DNA of 64,000 nucleotides from Kiritimatiellia bacterium (lineage in GTDB: Bacteria > Verrucomicrobiota > Kiritimatiellia > RFP12 > UBA1067): positions 320,001 to 384,000 of the forward strand of contig JBMNFY010000010.1 in the NCBI GenBank assembly GCA_050949565.1, read 5' to 3'. The position numbers were made by a program, and so were the translations under genes. This document shows positions 46,197-56,366 of the stretch, in pieces. The number at the start of each line of letters is the position of its first letter. The first letter of the stretch is position 1. The notes beneath the pieces were generated by a model. It did not search any database. It was not told where the DNA came from and worked only from the letters and a program-made list of their open reading frames with translations.

Positions 46197-48203
46197 CTAG
46201 TGCGCTTGTCGTACATTAAGCAGCAGTACGCCGTGTCCCGGAAGTTCCGCCGTGAAGGTATCGGCGGTGATGACGCCGAGGTCTTTCTGACGCCAGAGGT
46301 CCCGCAGGCGCTGCGGGCCTTTCAGCCCGAGCGATGCAAACGGCAGCGTGACGGTGCGGGTCAGGCAACCTCGGTTGAAGAGCCCTGCGACGGTACTGCC
46401 GTCCGACATTGTTTTTGCCCAGATTTCCTGTGCGTCGTCGTGCTGCACGCACACCGCTTGCCGCCCCAGCGGATCTTGGTTGACCTCCAGTACTTCATCA
46501 TTGGTCAGCAGGTTTAGGGTGAAGGGATCGAGTTGTGTCAGGTCGCAACCGAGCAGCAGCGGCGAGGCGAGCAGGCACCAGTATGAGATGTGGCTGTACT
46601 GTTCGTTTGGCGTGAGGCGTGTCGGGTGCGGCGTTCCCCATCCGACAGTGCCGACCACCAGCATGTCGAGATCATTCCAAGCGCCGGGCTCGGCGAACAG
46701 CTCGAAGCCCTCCTGCGCTCGCACGATCCCGATCACGCTCTCCCACGTGTCCACGATGTCGTGCGTGGTGCGCCAGCACTGCCCGCCGACTCTTGCGCCC
46801 CAGGCCGGCACATGCCCCATGCCGTACTGGCAGAGGCTGAATAGTAGATCGCGTGGCTGTGCGCGCAACGCCCGGTTCATCACGCGATAGGGACGCATCA
46901 ACTCGCTAAGCGAATCGTCGCGGGCGCGTTGTGCATAGCTGCACCAATCGTACTTCAAATAATCAAAGCCCCATTCGGCATAAGTTTGCGCATCCTGCAC
47001 TTCGTGACCCCAGCTTCCAACACATCCGCCGCATGTGGTTGAGCCCGGCGACGAGTAGATGCCGATTTTGAGGCCGAGCCGATGGACATCGCGGCAGAGC
47101 GCTGCCATGTCAGGAAAACGTGCGTTGGGCAGGATGCGTCCGGCGCTGTCGCGTGCCGGTCCCATGAGCGAGGTGTCGGTGCGTTCGCCCGGCGAGGTCT
47201 GCCAATAGTCGTCGATATTGACATAGCTCCAGCCGTGTCGGATCAAGCCGCTTTCGACCATGGCCTGCGCGGCGGTGCGGATGTTGGCATCCGAAACCGT
47301 GTGCGCGAAACAGTTCCACGAGTTCCAGCCCATCGGCGGCGTGAGTGCGATGCGTTCACCGACCTCCAAGCGCCACTCGCGTTCGGCGGTGCCGTGCGCA
47401 TTGGTGGCGCGGAAGGTCACGCGGTAGCTGCCCGCCTCGGCGACCGATCCTGTGATCAGGCCGCGCGTGCCATCCAGCGCAAGGCCCTCCGGCAGTCCGT
47501 CCACCGTCAGGGTGAAGGGCGGCTCGCCGCTGACCGGGATGGTGAAGAGCACGGGACGGCCGGGACGTACGCCGAAGACGCGCGCGCCGTTGATGCGCGG
47601 TACCTTTGACGGTTTCGGCGTCAGGATGCCCATTTGCTCCGTCGGCGGACGCGGCAACGGCTTCAGAACCGCGCCGTCACGCACCGTGAAAAAGGCGTCG
47701 CACCAGTCGGCGTGATCGTGTGTGCTGCCGTCGCCGGCGTCTGAGACCTCCAGCACGACCACCTTGGCACCAGCCAGTTCCGCCGTCAAGTTGTGCGCGG
47801 GCTGCCGGGCATGCCGTACGCCGGAATCGGCCACGAGCCGGCCGTCGGCGTACACGCGGAAAATGGCGGAACCCCGACCGCGGATCAGTGCTTCGTCATC
47901 CATGCCGACCTGTGCCTCGAAGCGCAATGCCTCGCCGCCGGTCTCGATCGCGAACCAACTCGGCGCGTGCGTGCCGACACCGCGCTCAAACTTTTTCCGT
48001 GCGATTTTCAGGGGACTGCCGCCGACCGCCTGGCGTGCGAGGGGATGCTCCCAACCGCAGCTCATATAGGCAAGATCCAGCTCGTCAAGCCAGACGCGCG
48101 TCTGCGCCCTGACAGCCAAGCCCGGCACGAGCATGAGAGCGAGAAGCATGAAACACGAAAAGGGACTCTTTAACATAGCAATTAAGTTACTGGGGGAAGA
48201 CAA
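46197..48203 (-). CDS. Alpha-galactosidase GH27 with NPCBM/NEW2 and Ig-like domains
   Basis: ERGVGTHA, DHADW, LTPPMGWNSWN, VNIDDYW, DYLKYDWC, WRTTHDI. True start may be 48176 or 48149. Confidence 0.9.
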   Translation of the reverse strand: MSSPSNLIAMLKSPFSCFMLLALMLVPGLAVRAQTRVWLDELDLAYMSCGWEHPLARQAVGGSPLKIARKKFERGVGTHAPSWFAIETGGEALRFEAQVGMDDEALIRGRGSAIFRVYADGRLVADSGVRHARQPAHNLTAELAGAKVVVLEVSDAGDGSTHDHADWCDAFFTVRDGAVLKPLPRPPTEQMGILTPKPSKVPRINGARVFGVRPGRPVLFTIPVSGEPPFTLTVDGLPEGLALDGTRGLITGSVAEAGSYRVTFRATNAHGTAEREWRLEVGERIALTPPMGWNSWNCFAHTVSDANIRTAAQAMVESGLIRHGWSYVNIDDYWQTSPGERTDTSLMGPARDSAGRILPNARFPDMAALCRDVHRLGLKIGIYSSPGSTTCGGCVGSWGHEVQDAQTYAEWGFDYLKYDWCSYAQRARDDSLSELMRPYRVMNRALRAQPRDLLFSLCQYGMGHVPAWGARVGGQCWRTTHDIVDTWESVIGIVRAQEGFELFAEPGAWNDLDMLVVGTVGWGTPHPTRLTPNEQYSHISYWCLLASPLLLGCDLTQLDPFTLNLLTNDEVLEVNQDPLGRQAVCVQHDDAQEIWAKTMSDGSTVAGLFNRGCLTRTVTLPFASLGLKGPQRLRDLWRQKDLGVITADTFTAELPGHGVLLLNVRQAH

Positions 48204-49654
48204 TGCGGTAGAAGCGCGAGGGGGTCAGGGTCGATGAAGTCGAGGGTGCCGGAGGCGGGGATAACGGTGTCGGAGAGGGGGAGCCAGTGGGGGGACATGA
48301 GGCTGTCGCTGGCTTGGATGCGGACGGGGATGCTGGCGTTGCCGGTGAGCGTAAAGGCAAATACCCCGGAGGCGAGTGACGTCGAACTGAAGGCGGGGTT
48401 CCAGCAGACGGCGGGACGCCCGGCAAAGGAAGATGACCAGCCAGTTGTACCGGGAAGGTAATAGAGCGTGGCGGGGGCACTGTAGAACACGGTGGTATTC
48501 ATTGCCGGGGCATTGCCAGTGAAGAGAACGGAAGTGAGGGATGTGCAGTGTTCGAAGGCGTAACTGCCGATGGATGTGACACTGTCGGGGATGGTGACGG
48601 AGGTAAGGAGGGCGCGGGAGACGAAGGCGCCGTCAGCGATGGCGGTGACGAGAAGTCCGTTTAATACCGCTGGAAGGGGAAGGTGGCCGGTATACCCCCA
48701 CCCATCATCATTGAGACCGGTGATCGTGATTTGTGTACCATTGGAACTGTACAAGAGCGGGACCAGTTTGGTTGGGAGCCCTGCGGCGGTCTCAGACCAC
48801 CCGGTGGTGTCGGGAAGGTAATAGAGCGTGTTTGTGGCGTGAGTGTTGTCGAATGTGTTGTCTTGAATGGTCGGGAGGTCGCCGGTGAAGAGGACGGATG
48901 TGAGGTTGGTGCATCCAGCGAAGGCGTAGCTGCCTATGTTTGTTATATCACTGGGGATAATGATGTCGGAGAGGGCGGAGCAGTCGTAGAAGGCTTCGTC
49001 GCTGATGTTTGTGAGACTCTCTGGAAGAGTGACGGATGTGAGGTTGATGCAACCATAGAAGGCTCTGGGGCCGATAGATGTGACGGGACATCCGTCCAAT
49101 ATCGTCGGGAGAGGGATGTGGCCTACGTACCGATGATCAAGATCCGTGATTGTGATTTGCGTACCGTCCGAACTGTACCAAAGCGGAATCAGTTTGGTTG
49201 GGCGCTCCGCGACGGTCTCCGACCATCCGGTGGTTTCGGGAAGATAGTAGAGTGTAGCGGGAGTGTTATCGAATGAGTTGTCTTGGATGGTCGGGGCGTT
49301 GCTGGTGAAAAGGATGGTGGTGAGATTGGTGCAACCGGCGAAGGCGCAATTACCGATGTTTGTAACGCTGTCAGGGATGGTGACATCGGTGAGGGCGGTG
49401 CGGTTGCGGAAGGCATCGTCGCCGATGGAAATGACAGGACAACCGCCCAGTTCGTTGGTGATGGATAAATTGCCCGAGCAGGTGCTGTCGAAGTCAGTGA
49501 TGGTGGCTTGGCCGTCGCTGACGGTGTAGGTGTAGGGGCCGAAGGTGTCGGCGGGTAAGACAAAGGGGATGAGCAACGCGAGATGCGCAAACGCCAAGCT
49601 GCGAATGCGCAGTGAACGGAGCGAGCATGTGAAGCGGGATGCTGTGTGTTTCAT
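48182..49654 (-). CDS. BspA/TpLRR leucine-rich-repeat surface protein (three tandem modules)
   Basis: Repeated LTSVTIPDSVTSIGxxAFxxC and TLYYLPxTTGWS. GAAAGGA SD before ATG 49654. Confidence 0.88.
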   Translation of the reverse strand: MKHTASRFTCSLRSLRIRSLAFAHLALLIPFVLPADTFGPYTYTVSDGQATITDFDSTCSGNLSITNELGGCPVISIGDDAFRNRTALTDVTIPDSVTNIGNCAFAGCTNLTTILFTSNAPTIQDNSFDNTPATLYYLPETTGWSETVAERPTKLIPLWYSSDGTQITITDLDHRYVGHIPLPTILDGCPVTSIGPRAFYGCINLTSVTLPESLTNISDEAFYDCSALSDIIIPSDITNIGSYAFAGCTNLTSVLFTGDLPTIQDNTFDNTHATNTLYYLPDTTGWSETAAGLPTKLVPLLYSSNGTQITITGLNDDGWGYTGHLPLPAVLNGLLVTAIADGAFVSRALLTSVTIPDSVTSIGSYAFEHCTSLTSVLFTGNAPAMNTTVFYSAPATLYYLPGTTGWSSSFAGRPAVCWNPAFSSTSLASGVFAFTLTGNASIPVRIQASDSLMSPHWLPLSDTVIPASGTLDFIDPDPLALLPHCLPPVT

Positions 49655-49888
49655 GGCCGTCCTTTCGATTAGTGGATGTATGGTATGGTAAGACGGGGGG
49701 ACGGGGGGATGCAAGGGGAAAAGAACGAAAGGACGCCGAGCAGGAACAGCCAATGAGTTTATTAGTGCCTTATTGGCTTTATCGGTCGGCACGGCACTAA
49801 TGAACTAAAACAGGGTGTTTGCGCTTGAAGAATGGGGGGGCGTTCATTATAGTGTGTGTCAAATAGACACAGAAGTGAAGTGGCGTGC

Positions 49889-51115
49889 ATGGCTTCCGGT
49901 TTTTTTGATAGATTGGTCGCGCGGATCGACAAGTTGAACCCTGAGAGTCTTCAGGCGCAGATGGTGCGCCTGGTGCAGGAACGAGGGTTTCTGGAGACTA
50001 TTTTCCAGACGATCCAAGAGGGTTTGGTGGTTATCGATAACGACGGCCATCTGCTCTACGCCAACCATGCTGCTGAACGGCTCGCGGGGTTTGATTTCAA
50101 ACGGACCAAGGGGCGTTCGATCATGCGTGTTTTGCGCGATTGGGACTGGGAGCACCTGTTGGAGGTGCCGGCCTCAGACAGCGGCTGGGCACGGATGGTG
50201 ACGCGCGAAATCGAAATCACCTATCCCGAACACCGTTTCATCAGTGTGTACGCAATGCCGCTGCATGAGGAAGGCCTTGTCGAAAAGGGCGTTCTGGTGA
50301 TTCTGCGTGATGTCACGCGCGACCGCAAGCAGGAAGCCTCGACGCTAGAGAGCGAGCGCTTTAACGCGGTCAAGCTGCTGGCGGCGGGTGTGGCGCACGA
50401 GATCGGCAATCCGTTGAATGCCCTCAACATTCACCTGCAGCTTCTTGCACGCGAACTGCAGGATCTGCCGGATGACACGCGCGAGCCGCTGGCCAATCTG
50501 GTGGGTGTGGCCCGCGCCGAGGTGGAGCGGCTGGATACGATCATCCGGCAGTTTTTGCGTGCGTTGCGTCCGACGCAGCCAGTGATGCGGACAGAGCAGG
50601 TGACCGATGTGTTGCGGGAAACGTTGGCACTGCTGAAAACTGAGTTTGAGAATCGCCGCATCACGGTGTCGGTGGACATCACGGATACGATCCCGACGGT
50701 GCAGCTCGACCGGTCGCAGATCAAGCAGGTGTTTTTCAATCTCATCAAAAACGCGCTGGAGGCGATGCCGGACGGTGGTGCGCTTCGAATCGAGGTGAGC
50801 GCGGGTGACGTGTATGTGGATATCGCCTTTGTCGATACGGGAAAGGGGATTGCGCCGGAAGAGTTGCAGCGCGTGTTTGAACCTTACCGCACATCCAAAC
50901 AGACCGGCAGCGGGCTGGGTTTGATGATTGTGCAGCGGATTGTCGATGAGCATGGTGGCGAAATCGAGTTGTCGAGCAAGCAGGGCGTGGGAACCTGTTT
51001 TAAAGTGCGCCTGCCGCGTTCCGAACGGCGGGTTCGTCTGCTCACCCCTCCGGCCGCCACGAAAAAAAATAAATCGCAGACGCCGTTCGACGGCACTCCA
51101 GAAGTGGTAGAATGA
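49889..51115 (+). CDS. Cytoplasmic PAS sensor histidine kinase (NtrB-like)
   Basis: AHEIGNPL, NLIKNA, DTGKGI, GSGLGL. Confidence 0.92.
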   Translation: MASGFFDRLVARIDKLNPESLQAQMVRLVQERGFLETIFQTIQEGLVVIDNDGHLLYANHAAERLAGFDFKRTKGRSIMRVLRDWDWEHLLEVPASDSGWARMVTREIEITYPEHRFISVYAMPLHEEGLVEKGVLVILRDVTRDRKQEASTLESERFNAVKLLAAGVAHEIGNPLNALNIHLQLLARELQDLPDDTREPLANLVGVARAEVERLDTIIRQFLRALRPTQPVMRTEQVTDVLRETLALLKTEFENRRITVSVDITDTIPTVQLDRSQIKQVFFNLIKNALEAMPDGGALRIEVSAGDVYVDIAFVDTGKGIAPEELQRVFEPYRTSKQTGSGLGLMIVQRIVDEHGGEIELSSKQGVGTCFKVRLPRSERRVRLLTPPAATKKNKSQTPFDGTPEVVE

Positions 51116-51119
51116 TGGC

Positions 51120-52526
51120 ATGAAACGAAACGGCAAACCAGTGGTCCTCGTTGTGGACGATGACAAGAATACGCGCGATGGCTTGCAGCGTGCGTTACAA
51201 CGTCATTATACAGTGTTGACGGCGGAGAGTGCCGATGCGGCGTTGTCGTTGATGGGCAGCGGACAGCAGGTGGACTTGCTGCTTTCTGACCTGCGCATGC
51301 CGGGTACGGATGGTCTGGGATTGTTACGGCGTGTGATGGCGCAGTATCCCCGTACGGTCTGCATCTTGTTGACCGCCTATGGTTCGGTTGAGACGGCCGT
51401 TGACGCGATGAAGCAGGGTGCCTACGACTTTTTGACCAAGCCTGTCAACCTCGACCATTTGGACATGCTGGTGGCGCGCGCACTCAAATCGCGTGATCTT
51501 GAACACCGCGTCGAAACCCTTGAGAGCCAGCTCAACGAAAAATACGGCATGGAAAACATCGTGGGCGAGTCGGACGCGATGAAACAGGTGTTCGATATCA
51601 TCCGTCAGGCGGCACCGACCCAGGCGTCGGTTCTGATCCAGGGGCCGAGCGGGACGGGCAAGGAACTGGTGGCGCAGGCGATCCACCGTCTCAGTACGCG
51701 CGCCAAAGGGCCGTTCGTGGCGGTGCACTGCGCGGCACTCTCCGCGACGCTGCTCGAGAGCGAGTTGTTCGGCCATGAGAAGGGGGCTTTTACCGGCGCC
51801 ACCGTGCAACGCAAGGGGCGCTTTGAACTGGCGGATGGCGGCACGCTTTTTCTTGATGAGATTTCTGAAATCGATCCCTCCATTCAGGTTAAGCTCCTAC
51901 GCGTGCTTGAGGAGCGCACGTTTGAGCGAGTGGGTAGCGAAGAGACGATCGAGGTCGATATCCGCGTGATCGCGGCGACCAACCGCAATCTGCGTGATGC
52001 CGTGCTTCAGGGCAAGTTCCGCGAAGACCTCTACTTCCGGTTGAATGTCGTGGACATCACGCTGCCGCCGTTGTCGGAGCGCGCCGGTGACATCCCGTTG
52101 TTGGCCAGCCGTTTCTTGAAAGAGTATAGCGAGAAGAACGGCAGACAGATCGAAGGGATGACGCCGGATGCCCTGAATATCCTTGAGGCCTACGCTTGGC
52201 CGGGCAATGTGCGTGAACTGCGCAATACGATCGAGAAGATGGTGGTGCTGTCGCGTTCGGAGCGGCTTACGGCACGTGATGTTCCAGCGAATATCCGCGA
52301 TGCCGTTAAGAGCGGTGGCGGAGTGACGCTTCGGACGCCGGTGTTGGCGTCGGGATCGCTGGCCGAGACTGAGCGCCGCAAAATCATGGCGGTACTGGAG
52401 AAGAACGGCGGCAATCGCACACGGGCGGCGGAGGAGTTGGGCATCAGTCGCCGCACGTTGCACCGTAAGCTGCGTGAATACAAAGCTGCTGAAGAAGGTG
52501 AAGGAAAAGACAAAGGAGGTCAGTGA
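51120..52526 (+). CDS. Sigma54-dependent response regulator (NtrC/AtoC/ZraR family)
   Basis: Receiver domain, GPSGTGKE, GAFTGA, FLDEI, WPGNVREL, Fis-type HTH. Confidence 0.95.
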   Translation: MKRNGKPVVLVVDDDKNTRDGLQRALQRHYTVLTAESADAALSLMGSGQQVDLLLSDLRMPGTDGLGLLRRVMAQYPRTVCILLTAYGSVETAVDAMKQGAYDFLTKPVNLDHLDMLVARALKSRDLEHRVETLESQLNEKYGMENIVGESDAMKQVFDIIRQAAPTQASVLIQGPSGTGKELVAQAIHRLSTRAKGPFVAVHCAALSATLLESELFGHEKGAFTGATVQRKGRFELADGGTLFLDEISEIDPSIQVKLLRVLEERTFERVGSEETIEVDIRVIAATNRNLRDAVLQGKFREDLYFRLNVVDITLPPLSERAGDIPLLASRFLKEYSEKNGRQIEGMTPDALNILEAYAWPGNVRELRNTIEKMVVLSRSERLTARDVPANIRDAVKSGGGVTLRTPVLASGSLAETERRKIMAVLEKNGGNRTRAAEELGISRRTLHRKLREYKAAEEGEGKDKGGQ

Positions 52527-53659
52527 TGGCAAGCGTATGGCGGTGTTTGAGCATGTCGTTGCTGGTTGCGGGCGTGCTCTGGGCGCAGGGTTTGATTGTG
52601 TGCGGGAAGTGCGGACGCGAGGCGCGGGCCGGTGATGCGGTGTGCCGCCATTGCAAGGAAGCCCTGCCCAAGCCGAAGGCCGATACGCCGACCGCGGTCG
52701 AACAACCGACCGCACAGGCTGATGACAAGGCGGAGGTGGGGCGTCTGGCAGCAGGCATTGTGGAGGCGAATGTGCGTCTGGCCCGGGAGTTAGAGGCAAA
52801 GCAGCCGGAGTTGGCACTGTGCTATTATCAGAATGCCATGGCGCTGATGCGGCTCGTGCCGGCAGGAACCTTCCCGGACACTGTGAGCGAAGCGATTCTG
52901 ACGGGCAGTGCGCGTGCACTGAGCCTTGTGCAGCGGGGAACGGTGCCTTGCAAGCGGTGCAACGGTAGCGGACGTTATCAGCTCGATCTCAGCAAGGTTG
53001 ATTCCAGCAAGGGGCTCAAGTCTGTTTCCGGCGTGCCCTGCCCCACGTGCAAAGGGGCTGGCACGCTCCCCGGGCTTAAGGAGGTGTCGAAGGCTAAGAT
53101 GCAACTCTTGCAGGGGCGGACGGAGTTCGAGCAGCGGCAGATGGTGGCCGGCGATGTCAAGGTCGGGCGCGTCTTGGTGCCGCCCGCGCTGGACAAACTG
53201 CTTTCCAATCAGCAGCGCGCGTTGATTATGACCGGCATGCCGATGCCTTGCCGCGAATGTCAGCAAACGGCACGCCAAGCGTGTACGGCTTGCCGTGGAA
53301 GCGGTTGGAAACCGTGTGATTTTGAGGGGTGTACGCAAGGTGTGCTCAAGGAGACGCGCCGAACCGGCGCGCGAAAAGAGAGACGGCTGAATGAAGAGGC
53401 GGTCAAAAAGTGTCCGCGTTGCGACGGGTTGGGAGAGATTCCGTGCCCGGTCTGCAAAGGTAGCGGAAGTGTGGCCTGTTCGAAGTGTGACGGTAGCGGT
53501 TTGGCACCGCGTTGCACGCGGTGTACGGGGACCGGCCTGATGCCGTGTAGAAGATGCAGGGGAACGGGCGACGTGAAAGGTGCGCCGTGTCCAGAATGTA
53601 AAGGAGAAACCCAGGTGCTGTGTCCAGCATGCCGGGGGGAAGGAGCACAATCCCGATGA
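52526..53659 (+). CDS. Putatively exported protein with multiple DnaJ-type CxxCxGxG zinc-finger repeats
   Basis: Signal-peptide-like N-terminus; nine exact CxxCxGxG motifs plus further CxxC pairs. Confidence 0.8.
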   Translation: MASVWRCLSMSLLVAGVLWAQGLIVCGKCGREARAGDAVCRHCKEALPKPKADTPTAVEQPTAQADDKAEVGRLAAGIVEANVRLARELEAKQPELALCYYQNAMALMRLVPAGTFPDTVSEAILTGSARALSLVQRGTVPCKRCNGSGRYQLDLSKVDSSKGLKSVSGVPCPTCKGAGTLPGLKEVSKAKMQLLQGRTEFEQRQMVAGDVKVGRVLVPPALDKLLSNQQRALIMTGMPMPCRECQQTARQACTACRGSGWKPCDFEGCTQGVLKETRRTGARKERRLNEEAVKKCPRCDGLGEIPCPVCKGSGSVACSKCDGSGLAPRCTRCTGTGLMPCRRCRGTGDVKGAPCPECKGETQVLCPACRGEGAQSR

Positions 53660-54555
53660 GCGAAATACCCGCATTCAAATTGCCCAATTTCGAGGTGCTG
53701 GGTCTTCTAGGACGCGGCGGTATGGCGTCGGTCTGGAAGGCACGTCAGGTCTCGCTTGACCGCTATGTGGCGGTCAAAATCCTCTCCTCGTCCTTTGCCA
53801 CGGATCCCGACGATATTCAGCGTTTCCGCGAGGAAGCGCGCGCTGCGGCGCAGTTGAAGCATCCGGGCATTGTGCAGGTCTATGACGCGAACTTTTCTGA
53901 TGGCGTCTATTACTTCGTCATGGAACTGGTGGACGGTTACACCCTTGGCGACTTGCTGCGACGGAAAGGCCAAGTCTCCGAAGAAGACTCCCTGATCGTC
54001 GCAGAAAGCGTCGCGGTGGCGATGGACTACGCCTGGACGCATTACCAGATGGTGCATTGCGACATCAAGCCCGACAACATTATGGCTGATGCAGACGGGA
54101 CTGTGAAGGTCACTGATCTCGGGCTCAGCCGGTCGGTTACGCTGTTGGCCAGCGAAAGAAAGAGCCAGTCCGATGAGATCCTCGGTACTCCCGCTTATAT
54201 GTCGCCCGAACAGGTCTATGGCAGTGATAAGTTGGATTGCCGTTCGGATATCTATGAGTTGGGCGCTACGTTGTATCACATGATTACAGGACGTATGCTC
54301 TTTCAGGGCAAGAGCGATGACGAGATGTTGCGTTGCCATGTCGGCAACGAGCAGGCACCTGATCCGCGGGGCATCGCCAAGGATCTGGGAACTCCCTTCG
54401 CACTGCTGTTGGAAAAACTGACGGCCAAGGATCCTGACAACCGCCATCGCGACTGGAAACTCGTGCTCGCCGATTTGAATCGCGTGCGCGAGGGACGTCC
54501 GCCGTGGCCGGCCTTGCCGCCTGCGTTCGGAAGTTCGATCAAGCTGGATCGGTAA
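53656..54555 (+). CDS. Hanks-type Ser/Thr protein kinase (catalytic domain only)
   Basis: LGRGGMASV, VAVK, HCDIKPDN, DLG, GTPAYMSPEQ. Confidence 0.92.
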   Translation: MSEIPAFKLPNFEVLGLLGRGGMASVWKARQVSLDRYVAVKILSSSFATDPDDIQRFREEARAAAQLKHPGIVQVYDANFSDGVYYFVMELVDGYTLGDLLRRKGQVSEEDSLIVAESVAVAMDYAWTHYQMVHCDIKPDNIMADADGTVKVTDLGLSRSVTLLASERKSQSDEILGTPAYMSPEQVYGSDKLDCRSDIYELGATLYHMITGRMLFQGKSDDEMLRCHVGNEQAPDPRGIAKDLGTPFALLLEKLTAKDPDNRHRDWKLVLADLNRVREGRPPWPALPPAFGSSIKLDR

Positions 54556-54584
54556 AGCCCGGGGTGGTTGTGGAATATGGTTGC

Positions 54585-54956
54585 ATGATGCGCGGGGACG
54601 AGGTCTGGGTGCGGCGGACTGCGCGTGCCGCGACGTGGTTCACGCGGTTGCGCGGCCTGCTGGGATGTCGTGCATTGGGTCCGGACGCGGCGTTGCTGAT
54701 CGAGCGTTGCCGTGCTGTGCATACCGTCGGCATGCGGTTTGCGATCGATCTAGTGTTTTTGGATCGGGCTTGGCTGGTGACACGCGTGGTCCAGAATGTG
54801 CCGCCCGGCAGATTGATGGTCGGGGGGGGATGGCACGCAGTACGCGTGCTAGAGAGCGAGGCCGGATGTCTTGATGTCGCCGCGCTGCGAATTGGCGAAA
54901 CGCTGACGTGGCGGCCGGACACGGCCGCGCCGGGCATGCGAGGATCGGTGGTTTGA
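54585..54956 (+). CDS. DUF192 family protein
   Basis: RLRGLLG, VHTVGMRFAIDLVFLD, VLE. Start uncertain. Confidence 0.8.
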   Translation: MMRGDEVWVRRTARAATWFTRLRGLLGCRALGPDAALLIERCRAVHTVGMRFAIDLVFLDRAWLVTRVVQNVPPGRLMVGGGWHAVRVLESEAGCLDVAALRIGETLTWRPDTAAPGMRGSVV

Positions 54957-54993
54957 GGAGGGTGGTGGCATGACCGCAAGTGTGACGAAAGAA

Positions 54994-55126
54994 TTTGGAG
55001 TGCGGCGGCAAGCGGTATTCCGCGCGACGCCGCTTTTTGAGGCAGGAGTGGGGAGTGTTTCCGCGCGTAGCGCGGAGAGAAAGCGGTGCCGCGACCCGCG
55101 CACAGCGCGGTTCTTGTCACTGCATC
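54994..55126. repeat. REP-like element, same family as 12866-12978
   Basis: TTTGGAGTGCGGCGGCAAGCGGTATTCCGCGCGACGCCGCTTT...AAAGCGGTGCCGCGACCCGCG. Confidence 0.8.
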
Positions 55127-55133
55127 CGATTAC

Positions 55134-56366
55134 ATGACAGGCATGAATCGAGTTACAGTTTTTTGTATATGTCTGGTGTTGGCGGCGTTCCAGTCGCTCC
55201 GCGGCGGGCCGGTCGGTCCTTGGGACCGCGCGGCACTCTATCAGACGCCACGACTTTTCGAGGCCACTGAGTTTGTCACCAACGAGGTGAAGACCGTCTT
55301 TTACGAAGGCGAGCCGTATCAGGGGCGCCCCACGCGCGTGTTCGCTTACTACGGGCTTCCCGCTGGGGCCTCATCCACGAACAAGGTGCCGGGCATCGTA
55401 TTGATCCACGGTGGCGGCGGTTCGGCCTTTGTGCGCTGGGTCAAGCTCTGGAACAGTCGCGGCTACGCGGCGGTGTCGATGGACACCTGTGGGGCGGTCA
55501 GCGGAAACGCCTACGGCGAGGAGCAGAAGGGCCATCGGCGGCATGCTTGGGCCGGGCCGCCGGGGTGGGGGGGCTTTGACAATTACAACGATCCGATTAC
55601 CGACCAATGGACCTATCATGCGGTGGCGGCTGCCGTGCGCGGTCACTCGTTGTTGCGTGCGCTACCGGAAATCGATACGTCGCGGATCGGGGTCACCGGC
55701 ATTTCGTGGGGCGGCTATCTCACCTGCATCGCGGCTGCGGTGGACGACCGGTTCGCGTTTGCCGTGCCTGTGTACGGATGCGGTTTCTTGGGGGAGAATT
55801 CCGCATGGCTTGACCGGTTCCAAGGCATGACCAAAGTGAACGCCGAAAAATGGCTGGGGTTATGGGACCCCTCGGTCTACCTGCCGCACGCCAAGATGCC
55901 GTTTCTCTGGGTGACCGGCAGCAATGATTTCGCCTATCCGATGGATTCGCTCCAGAAGAGTTACTGCGCGCTCAAGGTGCCGCATACGCTCTGCGTGCGG
56001 CTGCGTATGCCGCACGGGCACGGCGCCGCCGGCGAGAACCCTGCCGAGATCTTGGCGTTTGCCGACAGCGTGACGCGAGGCGGCCAGCCGTTGCCCGCTT
56101 TTACCCGCGCCGCGCGCGAGGGCCGGACCGTAAGGGCCGCCTTCGTCGCGAACGGCCGCACGGTCGCGAGGGCAGAACTCAATTCCACGACGCATACAGG
56201 CCGGTGGCAAGAGCGCGTCTGGCAGGCCGATCCTGTCGCTGTCAAAAGGAGTGAATCGGGTGATGGGACGTTGGAGGCTGAACTTCCCGAAGGCTCAACG
56301 GTCTGGTTTTTCAATCTTTTCACTGATGATGGTTTGTGTGTCAGCAGTCAGCACGAAGAGCGATGA
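55134..56366 (+). CDS. Secreted alpha/beta hydrolase (acetylxylan esterase/dienelactone hydrolase-like)
   Basis: LIHGGGG, GISWGG nucleophile elbow, GSND, MPHGH. Confidence 0.85.
   Translation: MTGMNRVTVFCICLVLAAFQSLRGGPVGPWDRAALYQTPRLFEATEFVTNEVKTVFYEGEPYQGRPTRVFAYYGLPAGASSTNKVPGIVLIHGGGGSAFVRWVKLWNSRGYAAVSMDTCGAVSGNAYGEEQKGHRRHAWAGPPGWGGFDNYNDPITDQWTYHAVAAAVRGHSLLRALPEIDTSRIGVTGISWGGYLTCIAAAVDDRFAFAVPVYGCGFLGENSAWLDRFQGMTKVNAEKWLGLWDPSVYLPHAKMPFLWVTGSNDFAYPMDSLQKSYCALKVPHTLCVRLRMPHGHGAAGENPAEILAFADSVTRGGQPLPAFTRAAREGRTVRAAFVANGRTVARAELNSTTHTGRWQERVWQADPVAVKRSESGDGTLEAELPEGSTVWFFNLFTDDGLCVSSQHEER

Noticed and set aside
48480-49540. Internal nucleotide repeats in the BspA gene as a mobile or array feature
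   Set aside because: Explained by three tandem protein modules.
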